DNA from: a virus
Lineage: Duplodnaviria > Caudoviricetes
Strand: one strand, 5' to 3'
Virus record (IMG/VR): IMGVR_UViG_3300020460_000012
DNA: 64,000 nt
In this document: piece after piece, positions 16,560-27,700 of the stretch
How positions within the stretch are numbered: the stretch's first letter is position 1
How the letters are laid out: the number at the start of each line of letters is the position of its first letter
Made by a program: the position numbers and the translations under genes
Notes under the pieces: model-generated
The model's database searches: none
Told to the model about the DNA's origin: nothing
Seen by the model: only the letters and a program-made list of their open reading frames with translations

Positions 16560-17498
16560 ATGGCAATAAGTGGATTTAATCAACTAGCAAATAGAATAGC
16601 ATCTACAGCAGATACCATTTCTACAACCGCACAAACTATAAACGCTTTTAATAGAGGCTTAGGAAGTGGTGGTAATCTGATGAATACAGTTGCAAGTATA
16701 GGTAGGGGAGCTCAAACAGTTTCCAATACAGTAACAGCCGCCCAAGCTTTTTTAGGCGGATCTACTAGAGGTAACTTAGGAAGTTCAATACGCATGTTCG
16801 GTAATGCATCGCAAGGTGTAAGATTTAATGCGGCACCACCTGATCCTATGGTAAAACGTGCTATTGTATCAAATAGTGTGAATCCTAATTTCGACGGAGG
16901 CGACTGGCGAGTTTCTATTAGTGTGCCACCAGAAATACAAGGAGGACCTATTCTTGCTCCTTTAACAATGGAAGGTGGAAACTCAAAAATGGTTTTTCCA
17001 TTTAATCCTACAATACTTTTAGGTCATAGTGCAAACTATTCACCAATTACTCCAACACATACAAACTATGCCTATAATGCTTACCAAAACAGTCAAGTAG
17101 ATAACATTACTATTACAGGTGAATTTTACAACGAGAACGAAAATGATGCGAAATATTGGGTAGCAGTATTACATTTTTTAAGATCTGTAACAAAGATGTT
17201 TTATGGCGATAGTAATCCTCAAGGTAATCCACCTCCTGTATGCAGATTAAACGGATACGGGCCACATGTGCTTAGTAATATTCCTATTGTAGTAACAAAC
17301 TTTACAACAGACTTACCAGCAGATGTAGATTACATTGAGTGTACTGTACCTGGTGCATCAAAAAGAGACTTAGTACCTGTACAATCACAGTTTACAGTTA
17401 CAGTAATGCCACAATACTCAAGAAGATCAACAGCTAAGTTTAATCTTCAACAGTTTGCAAATGGCGACTTTACTACTGGCACAGAGGGCTTTGTATAA
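16560..17498 (+). CDS. Baseplate tail-tube cap/initiator-like protein (gp48/gp54-type)
   Basis: MVFPFNPTI, YQNSQVDNITITGEF and LHFLRSVTKMFYG...PPPVCRLNGYG resemble contractile-tail tube-initiator families; first gene of the baseplate operon. Confidence 0.55.
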   Translation: MAISGFNQLANRIASTADTISTTAQTINAFNRGLGSGGNLMNTVASIGRGAQTVSNTVTAAQAFLGGSTRGNLGSSIRMFGNASQGVRFNAAPPDPMVKRAIVSNSVNPNFDGGDWRVSISVPPEIQGGPILAPLTMEGGNSKMVFPFNPTILLGHSANYSPITPTHTNYAYNAYQNSQVDNITITGEFYNENENDAKYWVAVLHFLRSVTKMFYGDSNPQGNPPPVCRLNGYGPHVLSNIPIVVTNFTTDLPADVDYIECTVPGASKRDLVPVQSQFTVTVMPQYSRRSTAKFNLQQFANGDFTTGTEGFV

Positions 17499-17794
17499 TG
17501 ACAAATAAACTAGGCCCATACAAAAATACTCCTGTAACAAATACAGGATTTTTAGATATTTTTAAACCTGTACCTATTCCTGTAGCTGGCAATGATGTAT
17601 TATATGAAATATTACCTCAATACAATTACAGACCAGATTTATTAGCTTATGATCTTTACGGAAAAAAAGAATTATGGTGGGTGTTTGCTCAGCGTAATTT
17701 AGACGTGTTAAAAGATCCTATTTTTGACTTTGTTGCTGGTACAAAAATTTATCTTCCACAAGGATCAAATTTAAGACAATCTATAGGATATTAA
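17498..17794 (+). CDS. LysM-like baseplate wedge protein (gp53/gpX-type)
   Basis: RPDLLAYDLYGKKELWWVFAQRN motif. Confidence 0.72.
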   Translation: MTNKLGPYKNTPVTNTGFLDIFKPVPIPVAGNDVLYEILPQYNYRPDLLAYDLYGKKELWWVFAQRNLDVLKDPIFDFVAGTKIYLPQGSNLRQSIGY

Positions 17795-20700
17795 ATGGCT
17801 TCTTTTTTTAAAAAGTTAACTAAGGCCGCTAGCACTATTTCAACAATAAAAAGTGTTACAAATTCTGTTAGCACAGGAAACTTTGGTAGCCTTGCTAACA
17901 CTGCAATTAATATAGCTAGCAATCAAAATAATATCACACAGCAAATTAATTCAATAAGTGGCTTTGGAAAAGTAGCATCTCAATTTGCAAGCACAGCAGG
18001 AAAGTCATCATTATTTGGACAAGACTTTACAGGAGGTACATTTGGGTTTCCGCAAAATAGAGGAAACTTTAATTTCGGTACAATTTTAGGAGGTGCTTTA
18101 GAATTAGAAGGCTTAGTAAATAGTCCAATTAGAATTATTCCTAAAAGTGCCGCAGAGATTTTTAATTTAGAAGGAGGCAGATTTGATTTTTTACGCCAAG
18201 CCGCTTCTGACCTATCAGAATTAAGTGCATACAGTGATTTCGTGGACGATAGTTTTTATGATCCTAGAGATCCTGTTAAAAAATCCGGTGCATCAAAAAG
18301 CAGAATAGAAAATCCTTTACGTAATTTTAGTTCATACAATTATAAGTTTACAATGGGAATATTAAGTGCAAAAGAATTTAATAATCCTAATTTGTATAGG
18401 GAAGCAGACGGATTTCAAAACTATATTATTAAAAGTACTGGAGGTCAATTAGAAAAACGCTATCAAGTTTTAGACGAAGTTGAAAGAAGCCCAGTTGGCC
18501 ATGGTGAATACTTTATTGAAGATTTCAATTATGAAGGATTAGTGGCACCTAATCCCGCTACCGGTGTGACAACAGGTATGCTTATACAGTTCAAAGTAAT
18601 AGAACCATTTAGTATGGGAAATTTTACAGAAGCAATAGTAGGGGCTAGTGCATCTTTAGGTTATAAAAATTATTTCTCAGCTCCTTTTTGTGTGAGACTA
18701 GACTTTTCAGGTTGGGGTGAAGAACAAGAACAATTAAAATTAAAGCCTATATTTTTACCTCTCAAAATAAATCAAATGGATATGAGAGTTACAGGACAAG
18801 GTTGTGAATATGATGTATCAGCTGTGCCATTTACTGATTTAGGATTAGCAGATAATATTAATAAAATTATGACTAATGTAAATGCACCAGGAAACATTGT
18901 GCATGAAATATTACAAACAGGTGAAGATTCTTTATCTAATAATTTAAACAAAAGAATAGAAGTTTTAGAAGAATCAAATGTAATCCCCGGGTATGATAGA
19001 TACTTAATTTGCTTTCCAAAAAACCGTGACAGTATTTTAAAATATTTAGAAACTGGTAGACAAAAAGTTGAAGAAACTACAGCATTACAAGAAGAGGTTA
19101 CAAAACAAGGATTAGCATCAGAAGAAGAAATTGATCAAGAACTATTATTCAACCAACAATCAGTTACTGATAAAAAGAAAATAGAACCATCATCTCAGAT
19201 GTTTGAAACTTTGCTAGCATATGCAAGTGATGAAACAAACATGAATGAAATAGGATTATCTGCTATTGTAAAAGATGATGCAGAAGGCGGCGATGCACCT
19301 ATGGCAACATTTAACGGTGCATATTCTGGTGCAGGAGCAGAGCCAGAACGTGCTAAATTAATTAGAAAAGATGCCGCTGTAGCACAACAACCTACCAAAG
19401 GTAGGATTACACAGTTTTCACAAGGTGAGTCTATAATAAGTGCTATAGAAAAAACATTACTTAACAGTGAATATTGTAAAGAAAATGCAGTAAAAGAAAG
19501 TGATAGTAAAGGTGTTAAAAGGTGGTTTAGAATTGATCCCTATGTGTATTTAGAAGAAAACAAAACAACTGAAGAGAAAGTAGGTAGACCGCCTGCTGTA
19601 TTCATTTATTGTGTATATCCTTATGAAACTGATGAAGCTAAATTTTTAGGACCAAAACAGATTCCTAAGAATACAGCAGGATTAAGGCAATCTGCCGCAA
19701 AAGAATACAATTATACCTATACAGGTAATAATGAAGATGTATTGAGATTTGATATAGAATTTAACACTGCTTTTATGAAAACTGCCCTTGCAGGCTACGG
19801 TAATAACTCTGGAGCAATGCAGGCTGAAGCAAGTCAATCTAAGGTTATTTCTGATAGTAGTCCTAAAGGAGCCAAACTTGCTGAAACTCCTCCTGAAGCA
19901 ACAGATGCTGTCGAACAATCTGCAGGCACTCAAGAAGTCACACGTTCCGAATCAAACAATGCTACAAGAAGTTTAGATATACGTAGACAAGTAGCTGAAC
20001 AATTTCATGATTCTATTACAAATCAAATTACAGATATGATCAGCGTAGAAATGGACATATGGGGAGATCCGTTTTTTATGCCTCAAGAAATAGGCAACTA
20101 TGCTCCTAAACAATCAGGTGCTTCTCCTAATTCAACAGAAGATGGAACAATGACATATACTAAAGGTGAAGTATTTGTAGTTGTAAATTTTAGGACACCA
20201 TTTGATTATCAAGTAGATGGAGCGTTAATGGACCAACCAGTAATAGTTCCGCAATTTAGTGGATTGTTTAGTGTATGGAAAACAACAAGTACGTTTAGTA
20301 ACGGACAGTTTACACAAACATTAAATTTAATTAGAAGATATGGACAGTCACAAGAATCTACCCCAAATAATAAAGGACTTATTCAAATTGAAGAAGATGC
20401 AAAAATGAAAGAAACATTGCCTAATAGTTCTAAAGTAGACGATAGTCAAAAATTAGGTAGCAATACTCCTTCTGAAACACAAACTGCTGTTAACCAAGCT
20501 TCAAATTTACTTACACAAATAGAAAATTCAGGATCATCAGTAGTAGGCGATGTTACAGGTGCAATAGCTAACCAAGCCCAAATAAGCCAAGGTATTGTAG
20601 CTAATCTAACAAGTTCAGGATCAGTAGCATCACAGGCTATTTCAAATCTAACAAGTTCAGGATCAGTAGCATCACAGGCTATTTCAAATCTAACAGGCTC

Positions 20701-21124
20701 GGGGGCAGTAGCATCGCAAGCACTTTCAAAATTTACTGTGCCTACAACAGCTAATCTTTCTGTTGATAACTTCGGCTTTAACAAATTTAAAACAAGTGAT
20801 ATAATAGGAGATACTAGTCAACTTGTTAATGATGCATTAGTAAATGCTATTCCATCATTTGGCCAAGTTAGTGTTGACTTGTCTACGCCTCAAGGTCAAT
20901 TAGGTGTGCTTACAAATACTATCAACAAAGGATTTGATGATATATTAGGAACAAAACCAAGTCCTGCAATAGTTGATGCAACTGAAGAACTTAAAGGATT
21001 AGCCACAAGTGTAGCAAGTATTGATTTAGGACCATCAATAAATCCAGAATCTATTACAAAAGATCAGACACAAGCACTACTAAAAATAGCTCAAGCTAAA
21101 AGAATGAGAGGAACAGTAACATAA
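17795..21124 (+). CDS. Baseplate hub protein (gp27/VgrG-N-like) with low-complexity termini
   Basis: ENPLRNFSSYNY, FKVIEPFSMGNF, MDIWGDPFF and FSGLFSVWKTTSTFSNGQFTQTLNLIR; position between the LysM and gp5 genes. Confidence 0.6.
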   Translation: MASFFKKLTKAASTISTIKSVTNSVSTGNFGSLANTAINIASNQNNITQQINSISGFGKVASQFASTAGKSSLFGQDFTGGTFGFPQNRGNFNFGTILGGALELEGLVNSPIRIIPKSAAEIFNLEGGRFDFLRQAASDLSELSAYSDFVDDSFYDPRDPVKKSGASKSRIENPLRNFSSYNYKFTMGILSAKEFNNPNLYREADGFQNYIIKSTGGQLEKRYQVLDEVERSPVGHGEYFIEDFNYEGLVAPNPATGVTTGMLIQFKVIEPFSMGNFTEAIVGASASLGYKNYFSAPFCVRLDFSGWGEEQEQLKLKPIFLPLKINQMDMRVTGQGCEYDVSAVPFTDLGLADNINKIMTNVNAPGNIVHEILQTGEDSLSNNLNKRIEVLEESNVIPGYDRYLICFPKNRDSILKYLETGRQKVEETTALQEEVTKQGLASEEEIDQELLFNQQSVTDKKKIEPSSQMFETLLAYASDETNMNEIGLSAIVKDDAEGGDAPMATFNGAYSGAGAEPERAKLIRKDAAVAQQPTKGRITQFSQGESIISAIEKTLLNSEYCKENAVKESDSKGVKRWFRIDPYVYLEENKTTEEKVGRPPAVFIYCVYPYETDEAKFLGPKQIPKNTAGLRQSAAKEYNYTYTGNNEDVLRFDIEFNTAFMKTALAGYGNNSGAMQAEASQSKVISDSSPKGAKLAETPPEATDAVEQSAGTQEVTRSESNNATRSLDIRRQVAEQFHDSITNQITDMISVEMDIWGDPFFMPQEIGNYAPKQSGASPNSTEDGTMTYTKGEVFVVVNFRTPFDYQVDGALMDQPVIVPQFSGLFSVWKTTSTFSNGQFTQTLNLIRRYGQSQESTPNNKGLIQIEEDAKMKETLPNSSKVDDSQKLGSNTPSETQTAVNQASNLLTQIENSGSSVVGDVTGAIANQAQISQGIVANLTSSGSVASQAISNLTSSGSVASQAISNLTGSGAVASQALSKFTVPTTANLSVDNFGFNKFKTSDIIGDTSQLVNDALVNAIPSFGQVSVDLSTPQGQLGVLTNTINKGFDDILGTKPSPAIVDATEELKGLATSVASIDLGPSINPESITKDQTQALLKIAQAKRMRGTVT
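20603..20728 (+). repeat. Three tandem 42-bp repeats encoding NLTSSGSVASQAIS
   Basis: Units start at 20603, 20645 and 20687; the first two are identical and the third is diverged. Confidence 0.9.
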
Positions 21125-21789
21125 TGTCAGACTCACCTCAAGATAATACATATACTATAAATGATGCTCCATCAATAGGTGCAGATCCTAATGCTAATCC
21201 TCACGCTTTTAAAGTAAGGGGAGACACTTTTTATCAAACTATAACACCTTCTGGTGTAGTTACAAAAGATCAGGTGTTTGCAACTAAAACTACAGACGAT
21301 GTTATACCACCAGAAGCTGTTGAGCAATATAGTGCTTATTTAATTTTATCAAATAAAGTTAAACCTATTAGTAATTTAACTCCAGAAGAATTTTCTATTA
21401 ATCAACAATACATAGAAGAAGCTGTAAAAAGGAGAAATAAGGCATTAGATTTAATTGGTGGAACAGAATATACAGAAGAAAATTTGAATGTAATTGCAAA
21501 ACAAAAACCTTTAGCAACATCAGTACCAGATTTTCAAGTAGATGCTAGTGGCAACACAGCTCCTTCAGTAGTCAGCAAAGATTTTGCACACCTACCTGCT
21601 GATGCAGGTGTTTATTCTTATCAACAAATTGACTTATATGACGATAGATATGATTTTGAAACAGGAAAGAAAATACGTGTAGGAGTTGCAGGCGGAATAG
21701 CAGGCGGTGCAGGTAATACTACAACAGAAGGTAATACAGAATCTACAGTAGAACAATCAGAGTATCCTAATTATGGTCCTCCGATGTAA
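21124..21789 (+). CDS. Hypothetical baseplate-region protein
   Basis: 221-aa ORF translationally coupled (TAATG) to the hub gene. Confidence 0.6.
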   Translation: MSDSPQDNTYTINDAPSIGADPNANPHAFKVRGDTFYQTITPSGVVTKDQVFATKTTDDVIPPEAVEQYSAYLILSNKVKPISNLTPEEFSINQQYIEEAVKRRNKALDLIGGTEYTEENLNVIAKQKPLATSVPDFQVDASGNTAPSVVSKDFAHLPADAGVYSYQQIDLYDDRYDFETGKKIRVGVAGGIAGGAGNTTTEGNTESTVEQSEYPNYGPPM

Positions 21790-21813
21790 TAATTATAGTA
21801 AACTGGATATATA

Positions 21814-24279
21814 ATGGCTAGAGGCGAATATACAAGAACCCCCCATCAAAACAGGAAATTTAGAGATCCTGGACCATACGAAGCTGTGGTTGTAAATCAT
21901 TTAGATGTAAGATATATGGGCGGTCTTGAGGTTGAACTTATAAAGTATGCTGGATCTGGCGGTACTCCTGAAAAAGGCGGAGAACTTGTGCAAGTAAGGT
22001 ACCTAAGTCCATTTTATGGAATCACACCTGCATCTGGATTAACACCTAACGATGGTTATCAAAATACCCAAAAAAGTTATGGAATGTGGGCGGTACCTCC
22101 CGATATAGGCACCCGCGTACTTGTAATATTTGCAGAAGGAAATCCTAATCTAGGGTATTGGATTGGTTGTATACCTGACGATTACATGAACTTTATGGTT
22201 CCTGATGGCAGAGCTAGTACAGAACAAACCACGGCACTTACACCAGAAAATATTAAAGGTGCAAAATTACCAGTTGGAGAATATAATAAAGCATTTGAAG
22301 ATGGATCTTTAGTTGATCCTACTTTATTTGAGAAACCTTACAATAAAGACTTTACAGAAGTGTTAGAAACACAAGGGCTTTTATTCGATGAGTCAAGAGG
22401 TACTACAACTTCAAGTGCAAGAAGAGAAATGCCAAGTATGGTTTTTGGTATAAGCACTCCTGGACCACTCGATAAAAGAGACGGTTCTCCGCAGGTAACA
22501 ATAGGTCCAGCAGATGACAAAGTAAATGTACCCTATAATAGACTAGGCGGTTCAAGTTTAGTTATGGATGATGGTGATCCGTCATTTATTAGAAAAACAC
22601 ACCCTGAAGATGGTCCTCCTATCTATATGAATTTAATGAAAGAAGAAACCGGTGGCAAGTTTACTATACCTCAAAATGAATTGGTACGATTACGTACTAG
22701 GACAGGTCATCAAATTTTAATGCATAACTCAGAAGATTTAATTTATATTGGTAATGCTAGGGGAACTACTTGGATAGAAATGACAAGTGACGGAAAAATT
22801 GATATACATGCACAGGATAGTGTAAGCATAATGACAGATAATGATCTAAACATTACAGCGGAAAGAGATATCAATTTTGAAGCTGGTAGAAATATTAACA
22901 TGAAAGCTACTGCACGTTACAGTAAAGGAGAACCTATTGATACAAAAGGGCTAGAAAGCGGACGAATACATTTAGAGGCGCAACATAATCATAATTTACT
23001 TGTTGGTAAAGATTCTAAAATTACTGTAGTTGGAAATATGCATACTGGAGTAGGTGAAAACCAGTTTATATCTAGCGGAAAATACTTGCATGTAAACACA
23101 GGGCAAGACAATAGATTTACAGCAGGAGGATATACGCATTTACATTCAGGAAAAGAACATCGAGAAACTGCCACATTTATACATATGAACGGACCAGGAG
23201 CCGCAGTTGCTAATCAAGCAGATCTTGTAAAGCAATTAGAAACTGTACAGTTACCTTATATTTTTCCTGGCACATTAAACCCTGTTGCTTACGATAGTAT
23301 TTTAACTAGAGCTCCGCAACACGAACCTTGGCCACATCATGAAAATTTAGATCCAACTGCATTTAAAAAACCAGAAACTGATAGAGAACAACCAGGTGGC
23401 TTACCTACTTCTGAAAGAGTGCTTACTCCTGATACGTTTTTTAAAAATAAAGGTGGAAGAATATCAAGTGCATTTGTAAGTGGCTCAGGAGGTAATCTTG
23501 ATAGTGGATACCAATCAACTGCTGGCGGCACAGGTTCTGGAGTTGGTACTACACCAATTGATGATTATTCGAGTAATTTTGAATTTAGTGAAGAATTAGG
23601 CTCACTAAGTTCTAAGTATGAATCTAAAGGCAATCCTACAGCAATAGGTTTTGACAAAACAGGAGGTTGGAGTTACGGAACATATCAGCTTGCAACAAGA
23701 CCTGGAGCATTCAAAGGCTACATGCGTTATTTGAAGGCAAAACACAAACAAGTATATGAAGTATTACAAACAGCAGGCGGAAATTCTGCGGCTATGAATG
23801 GAATAGACACCTTTAGAGAAACTTGGCAATTAGCAATGTCTGAAAAAGATAAAGCAGAAACGCAACATGCTTATGCTGTTATACAATATTTTGTGCCAGC
23901 GGCAGATAAAGTGACCAATAGCACAGGTATTGACGTAAGGTTAAAGTCAAAAACTTTACAAGACGTACTATGGTCTACTTCTGTTCAACACGGTGCAGGA
24001 GGTTGTAATAAAATTTTCAAAAGAGCAATACAAAGATGCGGTACTAAGACTCCTACAGATGATGCACTGATAGTAGCAGTCTATAATGAAAGAGCCGCAG
24101 ATAATGGAAGAAAATATTTTGGAAGTAGTAATAATAATATTAGACAAAGTGTTGTAAAAAGATTTAATAATGAAAAATTAGATGCTTTAAAAAGTTTAGA
24201 ATTAGAATTAAAAGCCGCAACACAGGCACAACAAGGTAGTACCCCAGGTGCAGTCACACTGCCTGTGGGCCCGCAATAA
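21814..24279 (+). CDS. gp5: Baseplate central spike (gp5-like): OB-fold, beta-helix and C-terminal lysozyme-like domain
   Basis: YGMWAVPPDIGTRVLVIFAEG (OB-fold), RLRTRTGHQILMHNSEDLIYI, beta-helix repeats, APQHEPW, then SKYESKG...GGWSYGTYQ. Confidence 0.82.
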   Translation: MARGEYTRTPHQNRKFRDPGPYEAVVVNHLDVRYMGGLEVELIKYAGSGGTPEKGGELVQVRYLSPFYGITPASGLTPNDGYQNTQKSYGMWAVPPDIGTRVLVIFAEGNPNLGYWIGCIPDDYMNFMVPDGRASTEQTTALTPENIKGAKLPVGEYNKAFEDGSLVDPTLFEKPYNKDFTEVLETQGLLFDESRGTTTSSARREMPSMVFGISTPGPLDKRDGSPQVTIGPADDKVNVPYNRLGGSSLVMDDGDPSFIRKTHPEDGPPIYMNLMKEETGGKFTIPQNELVRLRTRTGHQILMHNSEDLIYIGNARGTTWIEMTSDGKIDIHAQDSVSIMTDNDLNITAERDINFEAGRNINMKATARYSKGEPIDTKGLESGRIHLEAQHNHNLLVGKDSKITVVGNMHTGVGENQFISSGKYLHVNTGQDNRFTAGGYTHLHSGKEHRETATFIHMNGPGAAVANQADLVKQLETVQLPYIFPGTLNPVAYDSILTRAPQHEPWPHHENLDPTAFKKPETDREQPGGLPTSERVLTPDTFFKNKGGRISSAFVSGSGGNLDSGYQSTAGGTGSGVGTTPIDDYSSNFEFSEELGSLSSKYESKGNPTAIGFDKTGGWSYGTYQLATRPGAFKGYMRYLKAKHKQVYEVLQTAGGNSAAMNGIDTFRETWQLAMSEKDKAETQHAYAVIQYFVPAADKVTNSTGIDVRLKSKTLQDVLWSTSVQHGAGGCNKIFKRAIQRCGTKTPTDDALIVAVYNERAADNGRKYFGSSNNNIRQSVVKRFNNEKLDALKSLELELKAATQAQQGSTPGAVTLPVGPQ

Positions 24280-24284
24280 TAGGG

Positions 24285-24290
24285 TAAATA
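24285..24290 (+). promoter_or_regulatory. Late promoter core TAAATA, 4 nt before the gp25 ATG
   Basis: Sequence GGGTAAATACAGTATG with no SD. Confidence 0.55.
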
Positions 24291-24294
24291 CAGT

Positions 24295-24732
24295 ATGAGT
24301 GAATTAGAAAAAAATCTATTTAAGCGTGTTACTGTAACACAAAAGCAAAAGGATGCTGTAAATGGTCGTGCCTATAGAGGGTTTTCAACTGTTGATGGTA
24401 AAAAAGAAGGTTTTGCAAAATACGATTTTGATCTAATAAAACAAGATCTTATAAATCATTTTCATATTAGACAGGGTGAAAAGTTAAGTGATCCTAGTTT
24501 TGGCACTATTATATGGGATATGTTGTATGAACCTTTTACAACAGACGTACAAGAAGCTATTGTAGATGATGTAACAACTATTGTAAACTATGATCCAAGG
24601 TTAAGTGTTGATGAAATAGTAGTAGATACCTATGAAAAAGGTATTACTGTTGAATGTGTAGTAGTATTCCTACCTTATAACATTTCAGAGCAGTTACGAT
24701 TTACGTTTGATCAGGCCAATGGCTTGCTGTAA
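24295..24732 (+). CDS. gp25: Baseplate wedge subunit (gp25/gpW-like)
   Basis: LIKQDLINHFHIRQGEKLSDPSFGTIIWDMLYEP...YDPRL motif. Confidence 0.88.
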   Translation: MSELEKNLFKRVTVTQKQKDAVNGRAYRGFSTVDGKKEGFAKYDFDLIKQDLINHFHIRQGEKLSDPSFGTIIWDMLYEPFTTDVQEAIVDDVTTIVNYDPRLSVDEIVVDTYEKGITVECVVVFLPYNISEQLRFTFDQANGLL

Positions 24733-24759
24733 ATTATATACGCACTTATCTGTAACAGA

Positions 24760-24765
24760 TAAATA
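24760..24765 (+). promoter_or_regulatory. Late promoter core TAAATA upstream of gp6
   Basis: Overlaps the inverted repeat TTATCTG-taa-CAGATAA; GAGG SD downstream. Confidence 0.55.
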
Positions 24766-24788
24766 TCATAGTAAAAGAGGAAAAAGAC

Positions 24789-27700
24789 ATGTCGTCAACA
24801 GATAGACAGACAAGATTATTAGTATCTGAAGACTGGAAGAGAATTTATCAAGCATTTCGTAATGCAGATTTTCAGAGTTACGATTTTGACAATCTTCGTC
24901 GTACTATGATAAATTATCTTAGACAAAACTATCCTGAAGATTTCAATGATTACATAGAATCTTCAGAATATCTCGCATTGATTGAAATGATAGCTTTCCT
25001 CGGCCAAAATTTAAGTTTCAGAGTAGATTTAAATGCTAGAGAAAATTTCTTAGAAACGGCCGAAAGACGAGAAAGTATATTACGTTTAGCACGTATGCTT
25101 TCGTATAATCCGAGACGTAATCAAGCCGCTAATGGCTTACTTAAAGTTAATACAATTAAAACTACAGAATCTATTATTGATTCAAGCGGTATTAATCTTG
25201 CTAGTACAGTTATTAAATGGAATGATCAATCTAACACAAATTACTTTGAGCAATTTCTTAAAATATTAAATTCAGCATTGCCTGTTACAAATAACATAGG
25301 TAATCCTTTGAAAAGTGCAAGTATTGCAAATGTAATTACCCAACAATATAGATTTAATGCTACAAACACAACCTCTGCAGTTTTTCCTTTTACAAAAAGG
25401 GTTGAAGGAGTAAGCACTAGATATGAAGTGGTAAGTGCAGGTATATCAGGAGAGGATATTGTAGAAGAAGCTCCTATTCCGGGAAATAGTCCAGCATTTT
25501 TATTCCGTGACGACGGGCAAGGCGCAGGTAGTAGTAACACAGGGTTTTTTATGCACTTCAGACAAGGCAAATTAGATAGCTCTAACTTTAGCATTACATC
25601 ACCTGTACCAAATCAGTCAGTTGCTATAGATGTTACTGATATTAATGATACAGATATATGGTTGTACAATGTCGATTCTAATGGTTTTGAAACAGATTTT
25701 TGGACTAAAATTGAAGCAGTAGAAGGTAATAATATTATATACAACAATTTATTTGAAGGTATAAAAAATGTTTATGCTGTTAATACTCGTGTAGGCGATA
25801 GAGTAAATTTAGTATTTTCAGATGGAGTATTTGGTAATTTACCAACAGGTAATTTTAAAATATATTACAGGACAAGTGCTAATGCAGGTAGCGTAATTAC
25901 ACCAGGAGCAATAGGAAATGTAAATATTGATATTCCTTACCAAAATAAATCAGGTGGACTAGAAACACTTACTTTAGGTTTGCGTTTAAATTATACTATC
26001 ACAAATGGAAGTGCAACAGAATCTAATACTGAAATAAAAAATAATGCTCCAGCAACTTACTATACACAAAATAGGTTGATAACAGGAGAAGATTATAATA
26101 TCGGTCCCTTATCAGTAAGCCAAGAAATTATTAAAACAAAAAGTACTAATAGGATTAGTAGCGGAGTAAGCAGATATTTTGATTTAAAAGATAGTTCTGG
26201 AAAATACAGTAACACAAGTCTATTTGCAGACGATGGCGTTTTATACAAAGAAATATTTTTAGAAAAAACACAGTTTACTTTTACAACACAGAGTGATATT
26301 GAAGGAATCATTAATAATACAATAGAACCTATACTAGGTGCGGCTAATACTAAAAACTTTTATTTAGATCAATTTCCAAAAACTATTGTATCTGATTTAA
26401 ATGCAAAATGGAATCAGCAATCACTTGCAACTAATCAAGCTACAGGAAGATTCTTAGATAGTACAGATTCTCCTTATATGACAGGCACATTCACTGCAAA
26501 TAGTTTAAGGTATATAGAGCCAGGAGCATTATGTAGATTTACGGCACCAACAGGCTTTCATTTTATGAAAGATGGAACACTAATGACAGGTACAGCAGAC
26601 CATTTTGGATCTAGCACTTATAAATGGGCTAAAGTTATTTCAGTAGACGGCGACGGAACAACAATAGATACCGTAACTGATACTGGTCCTATAGTTTTTA
26701 ATGATAATATTCCTTCTAATGCTATTTTAGATAGAATTATTCCAAACTTTTCACGTGTCTTAGTAGATTCTATAAAAGTACAAATTATAGATCAAACTTT
26801 TGCTTATAAGGATTTTGGTTTAAGGTATGACTTAGAAGATAGACAGTGGAAACTTATAACAACAGAAAATTTAAATACAATATTAGACTTTTCTACAGGC
26901 AAAGCAGGAGATTCTACAGGGCAAAATTTAGACTCTAGTTGGTTTTTATATTTTAAAACTGACGGAGAAACTTATAATATCACTTATCGTAACTTAAAAT
27001 ATGTTATAGAAAGTGCAGACGAAATTAGATTTTATTTTGACGGTATAGACAAAGTTTATAATCCTGCTACAGGACAAGTAGTAAGAGATAAGATTGACAT
27101 TTTAAATATTAATACTAAACCTGCTAGTACAAGTCCTTTTACAAATGATTTTTCTTGGTCAGTTTCAGGAGCATATAGAGATCCAGATGGGTATGTTGAT
27201 TCACGTAAAATAGAAGTACAGTTTATAGATTTAGATGATGACGGCACTGTAGACAATCCTGAGATCTTTGATGAGATTGTATCTCCTGATACTGTTACTA
27301 CGCTACAAAAAACTATATTTCAAAAGAAATATACAACATCAGACGGTGTAGAAGATTTCAAATATTTTGATAATGCATCAAATGAGATTACTATTGTTGC
27401 AAATGAAGCGGCTATTGCTCCTTATAGTACTAGGACAGAAGGACAAATATTTTATTTGGATGATGAGAAAGTATTTAAAAAGTTACAAAAGTCCTTGAAC
27501 AATACAGTATTAAATTCAGATTACAAAGCATTTATTGGCAGAGGCGGTTTAAAGTTCCATTATGTTCATGTCGCAGACAGTAGCTATAGAATTGACCCAA
27601 GTGCAAGTAATCTAATTGATACTTATTTGCTAACAAAGACCTACGATAACAATATAAGAAAGTTTATCGCAGGAGAAGTTGCAACACTACCTATGCCACA

